Shown: piece after piece, positions 28,588-36,652 of the stretch
Position numbering within the stretch: position 1 is the first letter of the stretch
How the letters are laid out: every line of letters begins with the position of its first letter
Virus record (IMG/VR): IMGVR_UViG_3300045988_023006
Location: 1 to 41,499 of that record
Reading direction: 5' to 3' (one strand)
Length of the DNA stretch: 41,499 nucleotides
From: a virus
The notes under the pieces: generated by a model
What the model was told of the DNA's origin: nothing
Seen by the model: only the letters and a program-made list of their open reading frames with translations
The model's database searches: none
Translations under genes and position numbers: made by a program

Positions 28588-29517
28588 ATGGCTGCTACGA
28601 AAGTTGAGAGCCTGACCAACCCCCGCGATTCCCTGCCCAATACCTATACCAGCGTGACCGCCCGAGAGGTGGATTTCGTCACCCGTTTCAATGACAACTG
28701 GGATGCGCTGCGCAACATTATGGGCATTATGCGCCCCATCCGCAAGGCCCCCGGCACAAGCCTGATTTCTTACACCGCTGATGTGGCCCTGGAGGACGGC
28801 GACGTCGGCGCTGGCGAGGTGATCCCTTACAGCAAGGCGACGATTACCCAAGCGACCAAGGACGACCTGTCCATCAAGAAGTATGCAAAGGCTGTTCCTA
28901 TCGAGGACGTTGACAAGTATGGTGCAGAGATCGCGGTGGAGAAGAGCGACGACGCTTTTCTGACCAAGCTCCAGAATGTGGTCCTTGGCAATTTCTATAC
29001 TTTCCTGAACACCGGTTCTCTCACCGGAACCGCCGCAACCTGGCAGGCGGCACTTGCAAAGGCTCAGGGCGAAGTGCTGAACAAGTTTGCTGGTATGGCA
29101 AAAGACGTTACCTCCGTTGTGGGATTTGCTAACATCCTGGACGCATACGACTATCTGGGTGCTGCGGATATTTCCGTCCAGACCCAGTTCGGCCTGAACT
29201 ATGTCAAGGACTTCATGGGGTACTCCACGCTGTTCCTGTTGCCCACCACCGTTTCCGGCAATAACGCTATTGCTCGCAACACTGTGATCGCAACGCCTGT
29301 GGAGAACATCGACCTGTACTATGCAGACCCCGGCGACAGCGAGTTTGCCAGACTGGGCCTGAATTACACCGTGCAGGGCGAGACAAACCTGATCGGTTTC
29401 CACGCCCAGGGTAATTACAGCACCGCCGTGGGCGAGAGTTACGCCATCATGGGCATGAAGCTGTGGGCTGAGTACTTGGACGGCATCGCCAAAATCACGG
29501 TCACCCCGGCCCCTTAA
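28588..29517 (+). CDS. Major capsid protein
   Basis: 309 aa from ATG 28588 (a better RBS spacing than ATG 28579). Supported by position, size and composition typical of siphovirus major capsid proteins. Confidence 0.8.
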   Translation: MAATKVESLTNPRDSLPNTYTSVTAREVDFVTRFNDNWDALRNIMGIMRPIRKAPGTSLISYTADVALEDGDVGAGEVIPYSKATITQATKDDLSIKKYAKAVPIEDVDKYGAEIAVEKSDDAFLTKLQNVVLGNFYTFLNTGSLTGTAATWQAALAKAQGEVLNKFAGMAKDVTSVVGFANILDAYDYLGAADISVQTQFGLNYVKDFMGYSTLFLLPTTVSGNNAIARNTVIATPVENIDLYYADPGDSEFARLGLNYTVQGETNLIGFHAQGNYSTAVGESYAIMGMKLWAEYLDGIAKITVTPAP

Positions 29518-29795
29518 GCGCGCGCCTCTCGGGGCTGACGATTGGCGCGCTGACACTGACTCCGGCGTTTGACCCAGACACGACGGAGTATACAGCCACA
29601 ACGACAAACGCGACCAACACGGTAACCGCGACCCCGGAGGACGCAAGCGCCACAGTGACCATCCTCAACGGAGAGACGCCTGTTGAAAACGGCACTGCGG
29701 CCACCTGGGCGACCGGAGCCAACACTTTGACTGTGAACGTGAAAAACGGCACGGCGGAGAAAGTATATACCGTGACCGTAACCAAATCGGCGTAA
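29511..29795 (+). CDS. -1 frame extension of the capsid gene encoding a cadherin-like/Ig-like beta-sandwich domain (no start codon of its own)
   Basis: The -1 frame is open from 29472 to TAA 29793-95. Product ..LTIGALTLTPAFDPDTTEYTATTTNATNTVTATPEDASATVTILNGE..GANTLTVNVKNGTAEKVYTVTVTK. Slip-prone C-CCT-TAA sits at the capsid stop, followed by a GC hairpin. Confidence 0.6.
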   Translation, partial: PLSARLSGLTIGALTLTPAFDPDTTEYTATTTNATNTVTATPEDASATVTILNGETPVENGTAATWATGANTLTVNVKNGTAEKVYTVTVTKSA

Positions 29796-29807
29796 AAGGA
29801 GGACAGC

Positions 29808-30230
29808 GTGATGCTTGAAACGGTTTTGCAGAATTTGAACAACTGGTTTTTAGTTCCGGACGGCGTCCACGCCGGGGAGTTCACTGTGCAGGGCGGGCAG
29901 ATCACGCTGCCCTTTCTGCAAACCGGCCAGTATTTCCGGGTGGTGGGTTCCGTATTCAATGACGGGCTCCACCAGTACCCGGTGGCAGACCTGACCGACG
30001 AGACGTTTACCGGCTCCGTGTGGGCGCTGGCTGTTCCGAAGGCGGTGATTGAATTGGCCGAAGAAATCGACGCATGGCAGACGAAGAACGGGGATCCAGG
30101 GCCGTTTACCTCAGAATCATTTGGCGGCTACTCCTACAGCAAAGCCACCAACGCCAGCGGCATGGCCGTCGGCTGGCAGGATGTATTCAAGAGCCGCCTG
30201 AACGACTGGCGGAGAATTAGGGGGATCTGA
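29808..30230 (+). CDS. Head-tail connector/adaptor protein
   Basis: About 140 aa (GTG 29808 or ATG 29811). First gene after the capsid. Confidence 0.5.
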   Translation: MMLETVLQNLNNWFLVPDGVHAGEFTVQGGQITLPFLQTGQYFRVVGSVFNDGLHQYPVADLTDETFTGSVWALAVPKAVIELAEEIDAWQTKNGDPGPFTSESFGGYSYSKATNASGMAVGWQDVFKSRLNDWRRIRGI

Positions 30231-30580
30231 TGAGCCTTTTAGATGATTTTTCCCGCACCTGTGTATTCATGGAAAAACGCCGGGTATCGGACGGTGCGGG
30301 CGGTCACTTTGTAGAGTGGGTGGAGGGCGCTGAGTTCACCAACTACCAGGCACTGGATACCTCCATGGAGGCCCGCAGAGCGGAAAAAGAAGGCGTGACC
30401 AGCCTGTATTCCGTCCTGGTAGACAAGGCCATGCCCATCGAGTACAACGACGTGTTCAAAGACAAGACCACCGGCGAAACCTACCGCGTGACCTCAAATC
30501 CGGAGAACAAGCAGGCCCCCAAGTCCTCCACGATGCAGCTAAAATACTTTACGGCGGAAAGGTGGGCGTTGACCACATGA
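30230..30580 (+). CDS. Head closure / head-tail joining protein
   Basis: 116 aa with a TGATG overlap at its start. Position and size match SPP1 gp16-like proteins. Confidence 0.5.
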   Translation: MSLLDDFSRTCVFMEKRRVSDGAGGHFVEWVEGAEFTNYQALDTSMEARRAEKEGVTSLYSVLVDKAMPIEYNDVFKDKTTGETYRVTSNPENKQAPKSSTMQLKYFTAERWALTT

Positions 30581-30945
30581 CCAAAAACAAAGCCCTCTAC
30601 GCCTGGTTCAACGAGTTCATGCCCTTCTACCGAGCGTCCAGCGTGCCAGACGATGTGGTCATGCCTTATGGCACCTATGAGTATATCGACAGCGCTTTTG
30701 ATGCCGGGGAGGTCGGCCTGACGGTCAATCTGTGGTTCCGCACGGAGAGCGAAGCTGTCCCAGACGAGAAGGCCCAGGAGTTGTCCAAGCGCATCGGCTA
30801 CGGTGGCGTGTATCTGCCCTGCGACGAGGGCTATATCTGGCTCAAGCGCGGTTCCCCCTGGTGCCAAAGCCTAACCTATGAGGAAGACCCGGCCATTAAG
30901 CGCCGGTACATCAACATTACCGCTGAATACCTGACATTCAGCTGA
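30577..30945 (+). CDS. Tail completion / tail terminator-like protein
   Basis: 122 aa from ATG 30577 (the track start is GTG 30562). Lies immediately upstream of the major tail gene. Confidence 0.45.
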   Translation: MTKNKALYAWFNEFMPFYRASSVPDDVVMPYGTYEYIDSAFDAGEVGLTVNLWFRTESEAVPDEKAQELSKRIGYGGVYLPCDEGYIWLKRGSPWCQSLTYEEDPAIKRRYINITAEYLTFS

Positions 30946-30958
30946 AAGGAGACCCAAT

Positions 30959-31537
30959 ATGGGCAAATTTACCGCGATCCCGCAGAGCACCTTTGAGGAA
31001 TTGCAGCTCGACGCGGGTGTCATCCTGAAAAACTTTACCCCGGCTACTCCCGCCGCACCGAAGGACGAGGACATTGTGTGTGCCACAACCGGCGGCATCA
31101 ATGTGTCTTGCGTCCCTACTTACTCCGACATGGGAGAGGACGTGGACAACTGCCCTGTGAATATGATGGAACTGAAGCATCTGGACGGTTGGGATTGCAA
31201 GATGGCCTTTACCTCCCTTGGAACATCCACGGAGTCCATCCGGCTGGCCCTGGGCGCGGCAGACATTGACACTACCGACAGGAGCAAAATCACCCCCCGG
31301 CGAGACCTGAAGCAGACCGACTTTGCAGACCTGTGGTGGGTTGGCGACCGGGCCGACGGCGGAATGGTGGCTATCTGCCTGAAAAACGCCCTGTCCACCG
31401 GCGGCTTTACTCTCCAGACCACCAAAAACGGCAAGGGCAAGGTGAGCGTGGAGCTGACCGGCCATGTGTCCATGTCCGCTCAGGACGAGATGCCCATGGA
31501 GTTTTACAGCGCGGCTCCTGCGGAGGTGGGCGGCTGA
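30959..31537 (+). CDS. Major tail protein
   Basis: 192 aa with RBS AAAGGAG. Lies before the chaperone/tape-measure genes. No sheath gene is present. Confidence 0.7.
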   Translation: MGKFTAIPQSTFEELQLDAGVILKNFTPATPAAPKDEDIVCATTGGINVSCVPTYSDMGEDVDNCPVNMMELKHLDGWDCKMAFTSLGTSTESIRLALGAADIDTTDRSKITPRRDLKQTDFADLWWVGDRADGGMVAICLKNALSTGGFTLQTTKNGKGKVSVELTGHVSMSAQDEMPMEFYSAAPAEVGG

Positions 31538-31935
31538 TGAAACTATCTGACGTAAAAGGTGATCGCACCCTGGAAGTAATCGCAGATCTGATCGAGCCAA
31601 TCTGCAACATTGCGGAGGACGAGAACGCCGCCGCCCTTTTTAAGCGGGAACAACTGCCGGATGGCATGACAGCCAAGAAGTTCCTTTTACAGAAGGCAAA
31701 AAAGGCCGTTCCCGCCCTTCTGCGCGGTCATAAGGGCGATGTAATCTCCATCCTGTCCTCCATTGAGGGAACAAGCCCGGAGGCTTACACGGGCGCTCTG
31801 AGTCTGGTAAAACTGACCAAGGATTTTATTGACCTGATGACAGACGAAGCGTTCACGGAACTTTTTATCTCAGCGCAGAGCACAGAAAAACTCTCTGGCT
31901 CTGCGCAGGAGAATACCAAGGCCCCCGTAGCGTAA
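31537..31935 (+). CDS. Tail assembly chaperone (gpG analogue)
   Basis: 132 aa from ATG 31537 (ATGA overlap with the upstream stop). Acidic. Lies directly upstream of the tape measure gene. Confidence 0.65.
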   Translation: MKLSDVKGDRTLEVIADLIEPICNIAEDENAAALFKREQLPDGMTAKKFLLQKAKKAVPALLRGHKGDVISILSSIEGTSPEAYTGALSLVKLTKDFIDLMTDEAFTELFISAQSTEKLSGSAQENTKAPVA

Positions 31936-32189
31936 AGGCGTTCCTGCGGTATGCCCTTGCCCGCGCCAAACAGGACAGCGTGGACAAGGCATACCGGGTC
32001 TATGTGACAGACGCGCTCAAAGCAATCGCGGAAAACACGGCGCGGTACGTGGGGGGCGGCTATATCAAGGCGCGGTATGCCGACCTCATAGAGCCGAAGC
32101 CAGAGGAAACCAGGACGCCGGAGCAGATCGTTGACCGAATGAAAGAAAAAATCGCAAAGGTCGGAGGTGAGGACAATAAACCTGTTTGA
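31887..32189 (+). CDS. -1 frame extension of the chaperone (gpGT analogue)
   Basis: The -1 frame is open across the G stop and continues to 32189. Candidate slip site GAAAAAC at 31885-31891 (Lys AAA re-pairing on the A-run). Confidence 0.5.
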   Translation, partial: KTLWLCAGEYQGPRSVKAFLRYALARAKQDSVDKAYRVYVTDALKAIAENTARYVGGGYIKARYADLIEPKPEETRTPEQIVDRMKEKIAKVGGEDNKPV

Positions 32190-34191
32190 CTTGTATGCAA
32201 AAATTACGCTGGACACCAGCGGATACGAAAATGGGCTGGACAATGCTTCCGGCAAAGCGTCCGGCTTTGCCGACAAGTTGAAAAGCGGCCTTGCTACTGC
32301 GGCAAAGGTGGGAGCTGCGGCTTTGACAGCAGCGGCTACTGGCATGGCGGCGCTGACAAAGGCGTCCATTGACCAATATGCCGAGTATGAGCAATTAGTG
32401 GGTGGCGTCGATACCCTCTTTAAGACTGCATCGGACAAGGTGCAGGAGTACGCCGCAAACGCATACAAGACGGCTGGCATGAGCGCCAACGAATATATGG
32501 ACACGGTGACCAGCTTTTCGGCCTCCCTGCTCCAGAGCCTTGGCGGAGATACAGAAAAAGCAGCTCAAAAGGCGGACCAGGCCATCACCGACATGGCAGA
32601 CAACGCCAATAAGATGGGCACCGGCATGGAGATGATACAGAACGCCTATCAGGGTTTTGCAAAGCAGAACTACACCATGCTGGACAACCTAAAACTCGGG
32701 TATGGCGGCACCAAAGAGGAAATGGAGCGTCTGCTTGCGGACGCGGAGAAGCTGTCTGGGCAGAAGTTTGATATTTCATCTTACTCCGACATCGTAGACG
32801 CCATCCATGTGGTGCAGACGGAAATGGGCATTACCGGGACAACGGCAAAAGAGGCTGCGTCTACTATTCAGGGCAGCGTCAGCGCGGCAAAGTCCGCATG
32901 GAGCAACCTGATAACCGGCATTGCAGCCGACAACGCAGACCTTGATACGCTGATTGGCAATTTTGTCAGCAGCGTGGAGACGGCGGCTGGAAATATTATT
33001 CCGCGCGTTAGTGTCATGTTGGGCGGCATTTCACAGCTTGTTACATCTGCATCTACCACTATTATCCCGATGGTCATAACAACCATCACAGACAACCTGC
33101 CTGCGCTTTTGCAGGCGGCGGTTGCGCTTGTCGGCGCATTGGGACAGGGTATCATTGATAGCCTACCTGCAATTACGCAAGCAGCAATCGACATTCTTTT
33201 CTTCCTTGCGAATGGCCTGATAGAAAACCTGCCCACGCTTATTGACGGCATTGTGCAAGTGACTTTGACGATTGTGCAGATGCTGACAAGCCCGGACTTT
33301 TTGACGCAACTCATTGAAACGGCAATCTTGCTGATTATGACGCTTGCGCAGGGCCTGATTGACGCGATTCCGCAGCTTATCGCGGCAGTACCTATGATTA
33401 TTGGCAACTTGCTCGCCGCAATCATTGTAGAGCTGCCGAACATTATCCAGATGGGCATTGATCTTCTGTTTGCGCTGATTGACGGAATTATCAAGTGCAT
33501 CCCGGAGCTGGTCGCGGCAGTCCCTACGCTGATTATTGCGTTCGTCAACGGCATCGTGAACAACCTTGACAAGATCATCCTTGCAGCGCCGCAGATCATT
33601 GTATCGCTGATTACCGGCATTATCGGGGCAATCCCGGAATTGATTGCAGCCGTCCCGCGCGTTATCGCTGCTATTGCCGACACAATCAGAAACTACGACT
33701 GGGGCGGCATCGGTAGAAACATCGTTCAGGGGCTGAAAGACGGTATCGCCGGAATGTGGGACAATATCAAGGATTGGTTCAACGAAAAGGTGAATAGCCT
33801 TGTCGGCGGCGTGAAGCGCATTTTGGGCATCCACTCCCCTTCCAAGGTCTTTGCCGGAATCGGCGGTTTCATGGCCGAAGGTCTGGGCGAAGGCTTTAGC
33901 GATGAATTCGCGTCTGTGAAAAATGACATTGAAGGCAGCATGAATTTTGACGCTGGAACCATTACAGCAGATGCAAACATCAGCAGAAACTATACAAGTG
34001 GCTCTTACGGAGCGGCAAGCACAAGCGGGGGTGGCGATTCCGGCAGAATTGTAATGCTGCTGGAACAGTATTTGCCTATGTTGGCAAATATGAAAGTCAT
34101 CATGGACAGTGGCCAGGTTATCGGTTTGCTTGCCCCAGGCATGGATGAAGAACTGGCCAAAATCAATGCAAGGAAGGCAAGGGCTGTATGA
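32167..34191 (+). CDS. Tape measure protein
   Basis: 674 aa with a GTG start per the track. Helical N-terminus and long hydrophobic A/I/L-rich repeats (..IPELIAAVP.. recurs). Confidence 0.9.
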   Translation: MRTINLFDLYAKITLDTSGYENGLDNASGKASGFADKLKSGLATAAKVGAAALTAAATGMAALTKASIDQYAEYEQLVGGVDTLFKTASDKVQEYAANAYKTAGMSANEYMDTVTSFSASLLQSLGGDTEKAAQKADQAITDMADNANKMGTGMEMIQNAYQGFAKQNYTMLDNLKLGYGGTKEEMERLLADAEKLSGQKFDISSYSDIVDAIHVVQTEMGITGTTAKEAASTIQGSVSAAKSAWSNLITGIAADNADLDTLIGNFVSSVETAAGNIIPRVSVMLGGISQLVTSASTTIIPMVITTITDNLPALLQAAVALVGALGQGIIDSLPAITQAAIDILFFLANGLIENLPTLIDGIVQVTLTIVQMLTSPDFLTQLIETAILLIMTLAQGLIDAIPQLIAAVPMIIGNLLAAIIVELPNIIQMGIDLLFALIDGIIKCIPELVAAVPTLIIAFVNGIVNNLDKIILAAPQIIVSLITGIIGAIPELIAAVPRVIAAIADTIRNYDWGGIGRNIVQGLKDGIAGMWDNIKDWFNEKVNSLVGGVKRILGIHSPSKVFAGIGGFMAEGLGEGFSDEFASVKNDIEGSMNFDAGTITADANISRNYTSGSYGAASTSGGGDSGRIVMLLEQYLPMLANMKVIMDSGQVIGLLAPGMDEELAKINARKARAV

Positions 34192-34850
34192 TAGGAAAAG
34201 TATTTTTTGACGGAAAAGACACTTACACAGAATACGGCCTGCTTCTTGCGAGCAAGTCCATTTCTTTGCCGGAAGTCCGCACGAATATGATTGATGTTCC
34301 GGGCCGGGACGGTCTGCTGGACGCTTCCGAGGTGTTGACCGGCGAAGTGACCTACAAAAACCGCACCATTGTACTGAAGCTCACCGGCGTGGACACGGTT
34401 AGCGGCAAGAAATGGCCTGCCACAATTTCTGACTTTTGCAACAAAGTCCACGGAAAGCGCGTGAAAGTGACCTTCCCCGAGGACACCGCCCATTATTACA
34501 GTGGGCGGTGCTCCGTTGGGCAGGTGGAGCTTGTCAAAATAAAGCAGACAATACCTGTTACTGTTGATTGCGATCCGTGGAAATACAAGAACGCAAAAAC
34601 CACGGTCACGGGGACCGTGCCCGAATCGGGCACGCTGTCCCTGACCCTGGCCAACGAGCGCCGGCCGGCGGTGCCCACCGTGGAGGTGTCGGCGGCTGCA
34701 ACGCTGACCCTCGGCGGCAAGGACATCGCGGTGGCAGCCGGCAGCCATCGCAGCCTGGACATCCGTCTGGCGGCGGGCAGCAACACCCTTGCCGTCACGG
34801 CCGCAGCCGGGACCACAGTGTCCGTCACCTATCAGGAGGCATCGCTATGA
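34188..34850 (+). CDS. Distal tail protein (Dit)
   Basis: 220 aa. N-terminus ..FDGKDTYTEYGLLL..IDVPGRDG.. is typical of the siphovirus tail family. ATGA overlap with the tape measure stop. Confidence 0.75.
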   Translation: MIGKVFFDGKDTYTEYGLLLASKSISLPEVRTNMIDVPGRDGLLDASEVLTGEVTYKNRTIVLKLTGVDTVSGKKWPATISDFCNKVHGKRVKVTFPEDTAHYYSGRCSVGQVELVKIKQTIPVTVDCDPWKYKNAKTTVTGTVPESGTLSLTLANERRPAVPTVEVSAAATLTLGGKDIAVAAGSHRSLDIRLAAGSNTLAVTAAAGTTVSVTYQEASL

Positions 34851-36652
34851 GCTACACTGGCGCGGTATGCGGCAAGGCTATTGCCGGGCTTGCCGTCTGT
34901 GGCACGGACCCCCAGGAGACTGCGCAGGGCTTTGTCGGTTATCAACTGCGTTACGGGGATTACATCCTGTACGATCCGCGCGGCGCCAACGAGACGGACC
35001 GGCTGCGCGCCTCGGCGGCGTCGGTGGACCTTACCGCCGGCAAGGCGGGCTCCATGGCGTTCACGCTGCCGCCGGATCACCCCTACCGGGACAAGCTGCC
35101 CTATATGCGCCCCGGGCTGGAACTGCTGCAGGGCCGCTATGTGGTGTGGCGGGGCCGCATCACCTCCCAGGTGTGCGATTTCACCAACAGCCTGAAGATA
35201 TCGGCGGAGGGCATCATGGCCGTGCTGAACGATACCACAGTGCCACCGTTCACGTTTCCGGACGATTTCGCCGATGAGGCAGACTATCAGGCGGCCGCCA
35301 ACAGCGGCAACGTGGTGGATTACCTGTTCCGCTGGCTCCTGACGCAGCACAATGCCAAGGCCTCAGCCGAACAGCAGATCAAGCCCGGCGTGTGTACGGT
35401 GACGGATGCCAACAACTACATCACCCGCAGTTCCACCAAGTATCTTACCACCATGGATGCCCTGACCTCCAGGCTTTCCGGATCGTCCCTGGGCGGGTAT
35501 CTGCTGATCCGCTACGAGTCGGACGGCAACTACCTGGATTACTACGCAGATCTTCCGCTCACCAATGCCCAGGCCGTTACCTTCGGGGCAAACCTCCTGG
35601 ACCTGGAGCGCCAGCTCACCGGCACCGGCATCTACACCGCCATCCTGCCGGTGGGCAAGGACGGCCTGACCATCACGGAGTTGGCCGACGGAGATCTAAC
35701 GGACGATCTGGTCAAGGAGGGCCCTTACGTCTGGTCTCGGGCGGCCGTCCAGAAGTACGGCTGGATATGCCCCGGTCCCACAGACTGGCAGGACGTCACC
35801 GTTGCCGCGAATCTCCAGTCTTATGCGGCGGCCCGGCTGGCCACATCCGGCTGGGCACTGGAGGAATCCATCACCTGCAAGGCCATCGACCTACACGTTA
35901 CGGATGCCGCTGTCGCTGCCTGGCGGGTAGGCCGGTACACCATGCTGGCCACCACGCCCCACGGCATCCGGGCGGCCATGCCTCTGCTGCAAATGCACAT
36001 TGATCTCTTGGACCCGGCGCAGACCACCGTCACCATGGGCCGGACGCGGCGTACCTTTACCGGCGACGTGGAGGACGAGCGCAACCGCGTATCCCAGGGC
36101 ATGGAGGAGGTACGGCAGGAGACCGAGGAGCGGATCAACACCGTGCAGCAGATCCTCACCGAACGTATGACGCAGATCTCCCAATCGGACCGGCAGATCC
36201 TCCTGGAGGCGCTGGAGCAATATGTGGAGATCGGGGATTTCGAGTCCTACAAGCGTGTCATGGATGCCACACTGGCCGTTCTCCCCGACCAGATCCGCAT
36301 GGAGGTCTCTGAGGAGATCACGGAGCAGGTGGAGGACGCCACCGGAGACATCCGGCAGTCCGTCCGCACCATGAACCAGTATATGTCCTTCACGGCCGCC
36401 ATGGGGATGTTGCTGGGCAGTGAGGGCGATCCCGTGAAAGTGCAGATCAACAACCAGGGCCTGAACATCCTCCGGGAGACGCTGGCTCTGCTATCCATCA
36501 ATCAGCGGGGCGTATACACGCCATCTCTGTATATCCGCCCCATGGACCCGGACGATCCCACCGCCGGGTGCCTGTATCTGGGCAATCTGGTGGTCCGGGT
36601 GAACCCGGACGGCTCCGTGGTAGGCGCGAGGGGGGTGAATGCCAATGGGTGA
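34847..36652 (+). CDS. Tail-associated protein (Tal / prophage tail endopeptidase-like)
   Basis: 601 aa from ATG 34847 (ATGA overlap; the track ORF starts spuriously at 34568). Supported by its position after Dit. Confidence 0.7.
   Translation: MSYTGAVCGKAIAGLAVCGTDPQETAQGFVGYQLRYGDYILYDPRGANETDRLRASAASVDLTAGKAGSMAFTLPPDHPYRDKLPYMRPGLELLQGRYVVWRGRITSQVCDFTNSLKISAEGIMAVLNDTTVPPFTFPDDFADEADYQAAANSGNVVDYLFRWLLTQHNAKASAEQQIKPGVCTVTDANNYITRSSTKYLTTMDALTSRLSGSSLGGYLLIRYESDGNYLDYYADLPLTNAQAVTFGANLLDLERQLTGTGIYTAILPVGKDGLTITELADGDLTDDLVKEGPYVWSRAAVQKYGWICPGPTDWQDVTVAANLQSYAAARLATSGWALEESITCKAIDLHVTDAAVAAWRVGRYTMLATTPHGIRAAMPLLQMHIDLLDPAQTTVTMGRTRRTFTGDVEDERNRVSQGMEEVRQETEERINTVQQILTERMTQISQSDRQILLEALEQYVEIGDFESYKRVMDATLAVLPDQIRMEVSEEITEQVEDATGDIRQSVRTMNQYMSFTAAMGMLLGSEGDPVKVQINNQGLNILRETLALLSINQRGVYTPSLYIRPMDPDDPTAGCLYLGNLVVRVNPDGSVVGARGVNANG

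Noticed and set aside
28288-29646. Very long antisense ORFs in the track. Examples: 28288..29646(-) 452 aa, 3597..4586(-), 9750..10655(-), 2509..3339(-), 30938..31600(-), 38979..39698(-), 103..633(-).
   Set aside because: They lie opposite well-supported genes (capsid, cargo genes, SSAP, endolysin and others). Their products are R/G/A/H/P-rich with no motifs or RBSs. These are typical shadow ORFs of high-GC coding DNA.
34568-34846. Track ORF starts far upstream of the likely true starts. Examples: 34568 for Tal, 31333 for the chaperone, 16688 for the GY-repeat protein, 9286 for Gp157, 8993, 13163, 18234, 19532, 19692 and 6001 for the integrase.
   Set aside because: The upstream parts overlap preceding genes out of frame, are R/G/P-rich, and lack RBSs. 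Internal ATGs with GGAGG-type RBSs or ATGA/TGATG coupling give sensible N-termini.
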